A stretch of DNA of 40,000 nucleotides, taken from assembly GCA_963665715.2 (NCBI GenBank), contig CAXXPR010000002.1:1670516-1710515 (forward strand), read 5' to 3'. The translations under genes were made by a program, and so were the position numbers. Positions within the stretch are counted from its first letter, which is position 1; the number at the start of each line of letters is the position of its first letter. This document shows positions 9,569 through 17,607 of the stretch, in pieces. The notes under the pieces were generated by a model. That model was given only the letters and a program-made list of their open reading frames with translations. It searched no databases and was not told where the DNA came from. This stretch comes from Desulfatiglandales bacterium (GTDB taxonomy: Bacteria; Desulfobacterota; DSM-4660; Desulfatiglandales; HGW-15).

Positions 9569-10174
9569 GTTGTTTTCTTGACTCATTTCTATAATAGCAT
9601 TGTATCTTGAAAGATATTGTGAGTCGCTTTCAGGATCGATATCGCACCAATTATTTTGTATTACCATATCATTGACACTAGAAAAAGATGGACTAACAAC
9701 ATATTTCTTTTCGTCTGGATCTTTCATAAGTGATAAATCAGCCAGCCAAACATAAGATTCAAAAATGCCGTCAGTAGTTTCATTTTCAGCTATATATGAT
9801 AATTTTTCAGTATCTTCTTCAAAGAACTTTCTTATAAAATAAACACCCCTTGGACCACATTTAATGCCTGCAAGTGAAACTTGAGTGTTGTTTTCTAAAA
9901 TGAAGATGCCATTATCTGTTATAGATTTGACAGCAAATATTTTTTTGTTCCAAGGCGTTGGAGGGGTAGGATATTTACTGTTTATTTTGTCCATCATTTT
10001 AAACCCCTCATTCAAAGAATCAATTTCTTTTTGGGTAGCGTCCCTTACAACAATTTCACCTTTCGCATTTTTATATGCTGTTTCAGAAAATGATATAGAT
10101 TTTTTGTCATTATTATCACAGCCAAGTAACGTAATAATAATTAATATCGTTGGTATTGATTTACACAATTTCAT
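9563..10174 (-). CDS. Cassette ORF: predicted lipoprotein (203 aa)
   Basis: Signal peptide with lipobox IIITLLGC|D. GTTAGCGGTATAAGGGAATG (core plus SD) is at the start. The segment ITDNGIFILENNTQVSLAGIKCGP weakly recalls SNase-like OB-fold proteins; this is not asserted. Confidence 0.65.
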   Translation of the reverse strand: MKLCKSIPTILIIITLLGCDNNDKKSISFSETAYKNAKGEIVVRDATQKEIDSLNEGFKMMDKINSKYPTPPTPWNKKIFAVKSITDNGIFILENNTQVSLAGIKCGPRGVYFIRKFFEEDTEKLSYIAENETTDGIFESYVWLADLSLMKDPDEKKYVVSPSFSSVNDMVIQNNWCDIDPESDSQYLSRYNAIIEMSQENNR

Positions 10175-10191
10175 TCCCTTATACCGCTAAC

Positions 10192-12009
10192 GACGCTGTC
10201 GAAAAACCCACTTTATAAAAAAATATTAATCCTGGGAAATGACAGCCTGAAAAAAATATATTTATTGTAAAAATAAAATGATTAAAAAAGAAAAACTAAA
10301 ATCCGGTAAGAAAAATCGATCTACAGGCCTATATGGCCTTCATTCGGCCTTTTCTATGTACCTTGTATTGCGTAGCTGGTGCCATAGTTGCATATTTTCT
10401 CGATATTGTGAACTATACAATACAGCATCCACTGAATATTCACCTTTACCTTTCCTCTCAGGGTAAATCTGTCCATTCTCTTATTGGCTCTGATATTTCC
10501 AAAAACCGGCTCAACAATCCCCAGGCGCTTACTGTATGTCTTCCGACCTTCTGGTGTATCTATCTTGTTCCTCATTTCATCCAGAACACTTCCAGGTCGG
10601 TTCCCATCTATTATGGTTACTTGCCTCGATACTGTTTTATCAGGTTTTCGTAAACATTTTGCTCTAAGTTCACAGTTTCCACATGCTTTCTTTGTCCCCT
10701 GGTAAATTATCCCCTTATTACCTTTTTTATCTGCCCAGTTTCTGCTTCGGACGTAAAGGCTGTGACCTGCAGGGCAGATAAGTTTGTCCTTTTCATCATC
10801 ATAACTAAAATCTTCAACTGAAAAATATTTTTTACTCTTATCCGTTTTATTCTTATCAATAGGCCTGCGATATCGGCCTGCATCTGCAAACCTTATATCT
10901 CTCTTTCTGAACTGCTGGTCAGGGACATAAGCATCAACTTCATACTCTTTGCATGCTTTCAGGTTATTAATGCTGTAGTATCCTGTGTCTGCACTTACAG
11001 TCTTATTTTTTAAAGGGTCTTCAATACCAACTGCCTCGAGATTTTGCTTTGCGCCTTCCAGCATAGATTCCATTAGGCTGGTGTCATCACCTTTACCATA
11101 GGCCTCTGCATTAACTATTACCTGATGCTTTTCATCTACCATGGCATTGGCGTTATATCCCTGCAATACTCCATGTGATGTGGCTGCCATTTTTGCAGAC
11201 TCATTATCTGTTACATTACTCTGAATCTCTTTGCCTGTAGAACCTATCTTTGGTTTATTGCTTGAAAGAAATTTATCTATTCTGTCTGCTTTTTGCTTCA
11301 GACCCTTTATTCTTTTTTCTCTCTTTTGTTTTTCTGAAGTACTATTTTTGCTCTCTATTTTATCGGCAGATTGATGTTCTGCTATGGCCTCTTTAACTTT
11401 TTTCTCAAGCTTTTCTTTTTTCTTCTGAAGATCGCTGAAAGTCCCACTCCATTCCTTTGATGCATTTGAGGAGGCCTTCATTCCATCAAGACTGAAATGA
11501 GTGTTACCAAGTAACCCTTCTTCTTCACATATTAATAAGACTTTAGTGAAAAGGTTTCCAACTGTTTCATCCATTGAATTTACAAATGATGCTATCGTGC
11601 TGTGATCAGGCTTTTGACAGCAGGAGAGGGCCATGAAGGTGATATTTTCTTTACACGCTCTTTCAAGTGGTCTGGTAGAAAACATTCCTCGTGAATAGCC
11701 GAACAAAATTATCTTTAATAAAACCTTAGGATCAATTGCCTTACGACCAGTGTCATCATTCCTGTATCGTTTATCAAAGAATCTCAGGTCAAGCCTTTCT
11801 TCAATGATGTAATGTATTGCATACTCAAGGGTGCCAGGTTCTAACTGGTCCTCAAGAGATAATGGTATCATCCTTAATTGGTCATAGTCGGTTGGGGTGT
11901 AGCGTGCCATCAAGTAAGCTCCGTGTGATGAAGAGGTTAATTGCAATTTAGCACACTGTGTTATATCTTCAAGTATTATTAAGTCCTTTTTTACTTTTTC
12001 GACACCGTC
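10192..12009 (-). mobile_element. IS1182-family insertion sequence (copy A) inserted in an attC core
   Basis: 15-bp terminal inverted repeats GACGCTGTCGAAAAA (10192-10206) and GACGGTGTCGAAAAA (reverse complement of 11995-12009). Flanks read gctAAC|IS|AACgtg, an apparent 3-bp duplication. Single transposase ORF. Confidence 0.8.
10354..11910 (-). CDS. IS1182-family (IS5/DDE-type) transposase
   Basis: The N-terminus MARYTPTDYDQ...LEPGTLEY...RYRNDDTGRKAIDPKVLLKIILFGYSRG...R.LERACKENI.FMAL is characteristic of IS1182-family transposases as I recall them. The track start at 11946 probably over-extends. Confidence 0.9.
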   Translation of the reverse strand: MARYTPTDYDQLRMIPLSLEDQLEPGTLEYAIHYIIEERLDLRFFDKRYRNDDTGRKAIDPKVLLKIILFGYSRGMFSTRPLERACKENITFMALSCCQKPDHSTIASFVNSMDETVGNLFTKVLLICEEEGLLGNTHFSLDGMKASSNASKEWSGTFSDLQKKKEKLEKKVKEAIAEHQSADKIESKNSTSEKQKREKRIKGLKQKADRIDKFLSSNKPKIGSTGKEIQSNVTDNESAKMAATSHGVLQGYNANAMVDEKHQVIVNAEAYGKGDDTSLMESMLEGAKQNLEAVGIEDPLKNKTVSADTGYYSINNLKACKEYEVDAYVPDQQFRKRDIRFADAGRYRRPIDKNKTDKSKKYFSVEDFSYDDEKDKLICPAGHSLYVRSRNWADKKGNKGIIYQGTKKACGNCELRAKCLRKPDKTVSRQVTIIDGNRPGSVLDEMRNKIDTPEGRKTYSKRLGIVEPVFGNIRANKRMDRFTLRGKVKVNIQWMLYCIVHNIEKICNYGTSYAIQGT

Positions 12010-12071
12010 AACGTGTTGATAACCAGCCTGGCGAGCTTTTTGCCAGGTCTGAGTTTATTAAATTGTTGTGT
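12010..12071 (-). other. attC (short class), separated from its GTTAGC core (10186-10191) by IS copy A
   Basis: aacgtgttgataaccagcctggcgagctttttgccaggtctgagtttattaaattgttgtgt has a central palindrome cctggc..gccagg, the same architecture as 23099-23165. Confidence 0.6.
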
Positions 12072-12074
12072 AAT

Positions 12075-13049
12075 TTATTTAAATTTATCCCCTTTGAGGG
12101 AGCATAGCTCTATACACCTATCTAGCCAAGATTGATACCAATACCAGCAACCTGCGACATCAACTCCATAACCTTTTCCTGGTTTTTTTGCATCCTCAGA
12201 TTTCCACATTTCAACATGTTCAGGATAAACTCGGAATTTTGGAAAACCAGCACCCCTCACTGCAGCAGCAATATCACTCGGCCTATATTTCTTTCTCTCA
12301 ACTTCCTTTTTTACCCAGTATTCTTTATCAATTTTTTTAGCTAGATCTGATTTAGGGTCTATAAATTCAACAACTTTATCTGCTTGGCCGGGCCTATTAA
12401 CAAGCTTCTTTTTAAAGAGAAGACGGTAGGAAAAATTGGGGCTATTATACTCATCATGGTTTAATGCATCATCAAATTCAACAATGTATGCTTTAAGTCG
12501 CTTTGGAATATCAGCTTCTAACTTTTTACCTTGTAATTGTTCCTCTGATAGTTCTATGAATTGCAATGAATAACTTAAATATTCGTCCAATGAGTGTCTA
12601 GTCCCGAAATATTTTTTAATATAATAGTTGTAATTTAAAATGCATGCTTGATACCTACCACTTAAATATTCATCAAGTGATAATGTCATTTGGTGCTCAA
12701 TTTCATGGCGAAGACCGATTAGAAATCTTAGATTATTTGCTGTATTTTTATCAATAGGCGATAAAATATCATTTAGGCACCTTTCAAGTTCCCAATATTT
12801 ATATGCGCCTTTTTTTGTTCTATCGAAAAACCTTCGTTTCCCATGTTGTTGAAAATACCTGTACTCAACTCCATTTGAGCGAAAATATGCATGTAGTAGA
12901 TAAGTCCATGCTATTATCATTAATACAATAAATGTTTCTGATTTAAACTTTATGAGTGGATCATTAAATATTTTTACTGCTGATAAAGAAGCTTCCTTAG
13001 ACTTAGCGAGCAGTTCATCCTTAATAGATCCAATTCTACGCTTTGTCAT
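12075..13049 (-). CDS. Cassette ORF: DUF3644-like / HEPN-like (Rx4H) protein, candidate RNase or abortive-infection-type protein
   Basis: 324 aa from ATG 13049, after GTTGTGTAATAAATAAAGAGGATAAAGTAATG (core plus SD). The N-terminus SLSAVKIFNDPLIKFKSETFIVLMIIAWTYLLHAY and the motif FLIGLRHEIEH (R-x4-H) resemble DUF3644/Abi-like HEPN proteins. From memory, not searched. Confidence 0.55.
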   Translation of the reverse strand: MTKRRIGSIKDELLAKSKEASLSAVKIFNDPLIKFKSETFIVLMIIAWTYLLHAYFRSNGVEYRYFQQHGKRRFFDRTKKGAYKYWELERCLNDILSPIDKNTANNLRFLIGLRHEIEHQMTLSLDEYLSGRYQACILNYNYYIKKYFGTRHSLDEYLSYSLQFIELSEEQLQGKKLEADIPKRLKAYIVEFDDALNHDEYNSPNFSYRLLFKKKLVNRPGQADKVVEFIDPKSDLAKKIDKEYWVKKEVERKKYRPSDIAAAVRGAGFPKFRVYPEHVEMWKSEDAKKPGKGYGVDVAGCWYWYQSWLDRCIELCSLKGDKFK

Positions 13050-13071
13050 TACTTTATCCTCTTTATTTATT

Positions 13072-13200
13072 ACACAACGTGAAGTTAAGGAGCCTAGCGG
13101 TTTAATGGCAACCAACTTCACACACCTAAGATGCTTATAATATTGATTTTGTTCCGCACGGCAAGATAGTAGCTAGGTCCCCTTGAACTTATGGTTAAAT
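13072..13200 (-). other. attC (long class)
   Basis: Bounded by acacaac and gttaaat. Contains aagttaaggagcctagcgg...cggcaagatagtagctaggtccccttgaactt, collinear with 8988-9118. Confidence 0.7.
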
Positions 13201-13221
13201 GTTTAGATGGTATATTTCCCT

Positions 13222-13635
13222 CTACTTCTTTAGTTGCACTAAATTGATTTTATATTTTATCTTCTCAAGATTTTTTATTTCTAATGTCAGACTATTAATG
13301 CAAGCACAAGCTGCAACTGAACGCTTGAAAAAGCCATCGTCTGGATTGGTGGCCAAATATTCTATATTGAGTACGTCCTCTTTAATGTCAATATTACACT
13401 TTGTTATTTTATAGGCACAATTTATTTGTACGAACGCCTCAATCTTTAGAGTGTTAGGAGTCGTCCATTGAACCGTAGATACACCATAATTTGAAAATTC
13501 ATAAGGATTCTCATCAAAACGTTCACAGGATGATGAATCAAAACTAAAGTCATACTTATTATGGCTAGTGCTACAGGACAATAGGGTTGTCATCAAAAGA
13601 GATATTAAGATCACAGCTAGTTTTATTTTATTCAT
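13222..13635 (-). CDS. Cassette ORF: predicted lipoprotein (about 137 aa)
   Basis: Signal peptide with lipobox TTLLSC|S. ATG at 13635 (track uses GTG at 13644). Several Cys residues. No family recognised. Confidence 0.6.
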   Translation of the reverse strand: MNKIKLAVILISLLMTTLLSCSTSHNKYDFSFDSSSCERFDENPYEFSNYGVSTVQWTTPNTLKIEAFVQINCAYKITKCNIDIKEDVLNIEYLATNPDDGFFKRSVAACACINSLTLEIKNLEKIKYKINLVQLKK

Positions 13636-13644
13636 ATTTTTCAC

Positions 13645-13760
13645 ATTTAACGCTTACGCTAACATGCAAGCGGTGCAGCTACTAAAAGATTATTGAAGCA
13701 CCGAATATCACAAACCTAAAAAGGTTGATTCGGCAAGATAGTAGCTTGTCATTGTTGAGC
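13645..13760 (-). other. attC (long class)
   Basis: Low-coordinate core atttaac (or gctaac at 13658-13663); high-coordinate core gttgagc. Carries the conserved ttcggcaagatagtagc block. The upstream ORF stop lies inside the site. Confidence 0.6.
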
Positions 13761-14336
13761 GTGTGGTTCGGTGTCTCTTCTATTATCTACTGGTATACGT
13801 TCCTTACCATCGCGCCCATTTATCCATTCAATTGCATCTTCAGCTTCTTCTGCCACATACCACCAGCCAGGACAAACCTCTTTATCTTTCGCTTTTAACT
13901 CAAGTAAAGTAGGAAGAGCCTGCCTAAATTTCATTTGGCCAACTGCATAACATGACCAAAATCTCACAACTGGTGAGGTATCATTCAGGCTTTTTAGCAA
14001 AGTGGTTTCTGCCAATTTTCTATGTTTATTTTTTTTTGATGGCTCTATAATGCCAATTCCTTCAGCCGCCTGCCCTCGAACATATTCATTAATATCTGAA
14101 TTAGCCAATAGGTTAATTAATATACCCAAGGTTGAATCACTATTCTCGACCCAAGAAAGAGCATAAGTTGCAGATTCTTTGTTATGTATTTCATTTCCAT
14201 TTAAAGCAATTTTCGCCAATACGTCGATATATTTTTGTGAAAGAGCATTAGTAGCAATCGATTTTGCGGCCTCAAATGCCTCAACAGCATTTCCAAACTC
14301 AATATCATTTATTAATTTAGAAATATTTTCTATCAT
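13749..14336 (-). CDS. Cassette ORF: HEAT/PBS-lyase-like repeat protein
   Basis: 195 aa from ATG 14336, after GTTCGGTGTAAGGAAACAATG. Repeated helical units with ...VRGQAAEGIG... and ...SPVVRFWSCYAVGQM... are typical of HEAT-like repeats. The track N-terminal extension reads through the attC. Confidence 0.6.
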   Translation of the reverse strand: MIENISKLINDIEFGNAVEAFEAAKSIATNALSQKYIDVLAKIALNGNEIHNKESATYALSWVENSDSTLGILINLLANSDINEYVRGQAAEGIGIIEPSKKNKHRKLAETTLLKSLNDTSPVVRFWSCYAVGQMKFRQALPTLLELKAKDKEVCPGWWYVAEEAEDAIEWINGRDGKERIPVDNRRDTEPHAQQ

Positions 14337-14347
14337 TGTTTCCTTAC

Positions 14348-14477
14348 ACCGAACGATTGCGATAAGGAGTTTGCGGGTTAATGGCACCGATGAACTATTA
14401 AGTATGAAGGCCATTGAAACCTTTAAATCCCAATCGGCAAGAAAAACCAGCAAATCACCTTGATTGCTTGGTTAGCA
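14348..14477 (-). other. attC (long class)
   Basis: Bounded by accgaac and gttagca. Highly similar along its length to 20017-20146, sharing gcgataaggagtttgcgggttaatgg...caatcggcaagaaaaaccagcaaatc.ccttgattgct. Confidence 0.7.
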
Positions 14478-15180
14478 CGTTTTGGAGATACTGTTTACGT
14501 GCCTCATAATCTCCCATATTTAAGGGGAACGGTTCTCTACATTTTGAACATATTGCTCTATGTGTCGGACCTTTTTTAAAAATCATCCGATACAATTTTA
14601 CTGGTATCCATGGCAAATCTATTCTTTCTAATTTATGCTTTCCAATATTACCACATTTTTGGCACACACTGAGTTGGAAAAAACCCTTAGGTAGCTCTAC
14701 GCTGATTAGTTTAATAAATTGAGAAGCAACATTTGTTATATATTGGTCAATGTTATTTGCTGATAGCCCAGTATTGAAATAGGATGTTTCTCTTTCTTTT
14801 ATACTCCATATGTCATCGTTAAGTTCATCCCAGATACTATAGATGGGTTCATAATCGGATTTTGAATAGAGGCTATCAAGAGTAGCTACACCATCTTGAG
14901 GTGAGATCTCACCTTTAATAATTTCACGGCAGATATGTGCAGCATAGTTCAAAAAACTCTTTTCCTCGGATGGTAACTCCAGTTTAAGGTCAATAATGCT
15001 TTGCTTAAAATAGTATTTAATTTCTTCTAAGTCAGGATGTTTATCCATATCAAGACCTGCAAGGATTGCAACATTCTCTGATTCAACTCCATTGTTAAGC
15101 ATATCTATTGCCCATTCAGAGTAGTCCTTTGGCTGTGCTGCTCCTACCGCTATTTTTCCTGCAAGGTAATTGAATTCCAT
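14455..15180 (-). CDS. Cassette ORF, hypothetical with C-terminal Cys4 zinc-ribbon-like motif (241 aa)
   Basis: CQKCG...(29 aa)...CSKC near the C-terminus. A GTTAGC core lies 14 nt before the ATG. The last 7 codons run through the attC core. Confidence 0.6.
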   Translation of the reverse strand: MEFNYLAGKIAVGAAQPKDYSEWAIDMLNNGVESENVAILAGLDMDKHPDLEEIKYYFKQSIIDLKLELPSEEKSFLNYAAHICREIIKGEISPQDGVATLDSLYSKSDYEPIYSIWDELNDDIWSIKERETSYFNTGLSANNIDQYITNVASQFIKLISVELPKGFFQLSVCQKCGNIGKHKLERIDLPWIPVKLYRMIFKKGPTHRAICSKCREPFPLNMGDYEARKQYLQNVLTKQSR

Positions 15181-15200
15181 AGAAATCTCATAGTGCTAAC

Positions 15201-17107
15201 GAGGCTGTCGAAAAACCCCGTTCAAAAACCATATTATTCTGAGTTAAAGTTCTACAGCCGGATAAAAATAATATTTAAAATTAAAACCGATTTTTTTGTG
15301 AGATAAGAAATCATGAAGCAAGGTTTATAAAAAGGCGCTAAAACCCTTGTATAGGGCCTTTCAGGCCTCTTTTCCTACGCTCCCTGAGATGAAACCATTC
15401 CATAATTGCATATTTTTTCAATATTGTGAACTATGCAGTATAGCATCCACTGTATATTTACCTTAACTTTGCCTCTTAAGGTAAATCTATTCATTTTTTT
15501 ACATGCCCTTATATTACCAAACACCGGTTCAACTATCCCTAACCGTTTGCTGTAAGTCTTTCGGCCTTCAGGTGTATCTATCTTATTCTTCATTTCATCC
15601 TTGAGACTGCCAGGTCTGTTTCTATCCAGTATGGTTACCTGTCTTGCTTCTGTTTTGTCAGGTTTGCGCAAACATTTTGCTCTCAGTTCGCAAGCTCCAC
15701 ACGCTTTCTTCGTCCCCTGGTAAATTATCCCCTTATACCCATCTTTAGTTAAATAGTTTCGGCTTCTGACATACATGCTATGCCCGGCAGGACAGACTAA
15801 TTTATCCGTTTCATCATTATAGTTGAAATCTTCAACTGTAAAATATTTTTTCCTCTTATCAGTCTTTCTCTTATCAACAGGCCTGCGGTGTCTCTCTGCA
15901 TCTGCAAATCTTATATCTCTTTTTCTGAACTTTGGGTCAGGTATGTAAGCATCTACTTCATATTCTTTGCATGCTTTAAGATTCTTTGCACTGAAGTATG
16001 CAGTGTCAGCACTTACTGTTTTATCTTTTAACGGCTCTTCAATTCCGATAGCTTCAAGGTTTTCCTTTGCTCCATTAAGCATCGGTTCCATAAGGCTGCC
16101 GTCATCTCCTTTTCCGAATACCTCAGCGTTTACTATCACCTGATGCATTTCATCTACCACAACATTAGCGTTGAATCCCTGCTGAACTCCGTGAGATGTT
16201 GTCATCTTGGCAGATTCATTGTCTGTTATGTTACTCTGTACCTCTTTGCCCTGACTGCCTATCCTTGGCTCACTCTCAGATAAAAACTTCTTTATTTTTT
16301 CAGATGCCTGTTCAAGCTTCTTTATCTTTGCTTCCTGTCTCTTCTCCCATGAGATATCTTTCTTCTTACCTGATACTTTGTCCGTTGCTCTATGTTCTTT
16401 GATTGCCTCATCAATCTTCCGCTCAAGGGCATCCTGCTTCTTTTTTAAATCATTCAGCTTTCCGCTCCATTCCTTTGAAGCATTAGAGGATGTCTTCATT
16501 CCGTCAAGACTGAAGTGTGTACCGCCAAGAAGATCACATGCTTCACAGGTCATCAATACTTCTTTAAAAAGATCTTTTGTCTCTTTACCTATCGATGAAA
16601 CAAAGGATGCTATTGTGCTGTGATCCGGAGTCTGAAAATCTGCCAGCAGCATAAACTTAACGTTTTCCCTGCATGCCTGTTCTATAGGACGTGATGACGT
16701 CATACCTCGCGAGTAACCGAGAAGTATTATTTTTAGAAGTGTTTTGGGGTGTATTGCCTTGCGACCGGTATTATCGTTTTTATATCTTTCGTTGAAGGTA
16801 CTCAGATCAAACTTTTCTATTACAAAGTCTATTGTATGTTCAAGTGTGCCTGGTTCCAGTTCTTTGTCATGTGATACTATAACCAGCTTGCTCTGGTTTC
16901 TGTTCGTGGGTTTGTAGCGTGCCATCCGGAGCTCCTCTTAAGGGAAGTTTTTATCAAATGGATGGCAAATATATAGCATAGTACGTGATAAGTGTAAATT
17001 GATTAAATTAAAATAAAGCTATTAAAAAAGGCCTAAATTAAATCTAGTAATGAGTCTATTGTTTTCTCAAGTGAATGGATGGATCAGGGTACTTTTTCGA
17101 CAGCCTC
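15201..17107 (-). mobile_element. IS1182-family insertion sequence (copy B, diverged from copy A) inserted in an attC core
   Basis: Perfect 15-bp terminal inverted repeats GAGGCTGTCGAAAAA (15201-15215 and reverse complement of 17093-17107). Flanks read gctAAC|IS|AACgta, the same position and orientation in the core as copy A. Confidence 0.8.
15375..16925 (-). CDS. IS1182-family (IS5/DDE-type) transposase
   Basis: 516 aa, collinear with the 10354-11910 protein (MARYKPT..., shared C-terminus KVNIQWMLYCIVHNIEKICNYG) but with many substitutions. Confidence 0.9.
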   Translation of the reverse strand: MARYKPTNRNQSKLVIVSHDKELEPGTLEHTIDFVIEKFDLSTFNERYKNDNTGRKAIHPKTLLKIILLGYSRGMTSSRPIEQACRENVKFMLLADFQTPDHSTIASFVSSIGKETKDLFKEVLMTCEACDLLGGTHFSLDGMKTSSNASKEWSGKLNDLKKKQDALERKIDEAIKEHRATDKVSGKKKDISWEKRQEAKIKKLEQASEKIKKFLSESEPRIGSQGKEVQSNITDNESAKMTTSHGVQQGFNANVVVDEMHQVIVNAEVFGKGDDGSLMEPMLNGAKENLEAIGIEEPLKDKTVSADTAYFSAKNLKACKEYEVDAYIPDPKFRKRDIRFADAERHRRPVDKRKTDKRKKYFTVEDFNYNDETDKLVCPAGHSMYVRSRNYLTKDGYKGIIYQGTKKACGACELRAKCLRKPDKTEARQVTILDRNRPGSLKDEMKNKIDTPEGRKTYSKRLGIVEPVFGNIRACKKMNRFTLRGKVKVNIQWMLYCIVHNIEKICNYGMVSSQGA

Positions 17108-17218
17108 AACGTAGAATTAACGAGCGTGCGATGCCTGCCAATAAAGGCTCTTAGAAGATCGAACGTTGCGAACCTTTAAAGACCGATTTGGCAAGATAGT
17201 AAGCACGTCACGTTGAAT
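17108..17218 (-). other. attC (long class), separated from its GTTAGC core (15195-15200) by IS copy B
   Basis: Begins aacgtagaattaacgagcg, contains tttggcaagatagtaagc, and ends gttgaat just after the stop of ORF 17233-17463. Confidence 0.6.
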
Positions 17219-17232
17219 GAATGGTTGGGAGC

Positions 17233-17463
17233 CTAATACTCCTCCTCTTCATCATCAGTAATATATTCCCACATTTCATTTTGATGCAACCAGATTGGAT
17301 CAGCGTTTCTTCTTATGAATTCATCAACATCCATTCCATCAATTGTCGGCGGGCGTTTTACTCGCTTCTGTTTTCCATTTATGAATATGGTTTCATATTC
17401 TTTTTTCCGCTTCTTCTTTGCAGCTTTTTCGGCGGCAGTAAGTTTTCGTTTACGTTTTGCCAT
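17233..17463 (-). CDS. Cassette ORF, small protein with Lys/Arg-rich N-terminus and acidic tail (76 aa)
   Basis: ATG at 17463 (MAKRKRKLTAAEKAAKKKRKK...DDEEEEY). The track start at 17508 reads into the attC. No family recognised. Confidence 0.5.
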   Translation of the reverse strand: MAKRKRKLTAAEKAAKKKRKKEYETIFINGKQKRVKRPPTIDGMDVDEFIRRNADPIWLHQNEMWEYITDDEEEEY

Positions 17464-17483
17464 TATATTTATTCTCTGTTCAC

Positions 17484-17607
17484 TCCCAACGCCCAAAATA
17501 ACAGGCATGCGGTGCTTACCTTTAAAGTTTATTTAATTTGAAAACTTTGCGAACCACGAAAGATCGATTCGGCAAGATAGTAGCATGTCCTTGTTGATTT
17601 AAATGTT
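17484..17607 (-). other. attC (long class), interrupted at its high-coordinate core by intron copy 2
   Basis: ctcccaac...ttcggcaagatagtagcatgtccttgttgatttaaatgtt|intron. Joining 17607 to 19718 gives gtt|atttt. Confidence 0.7.
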
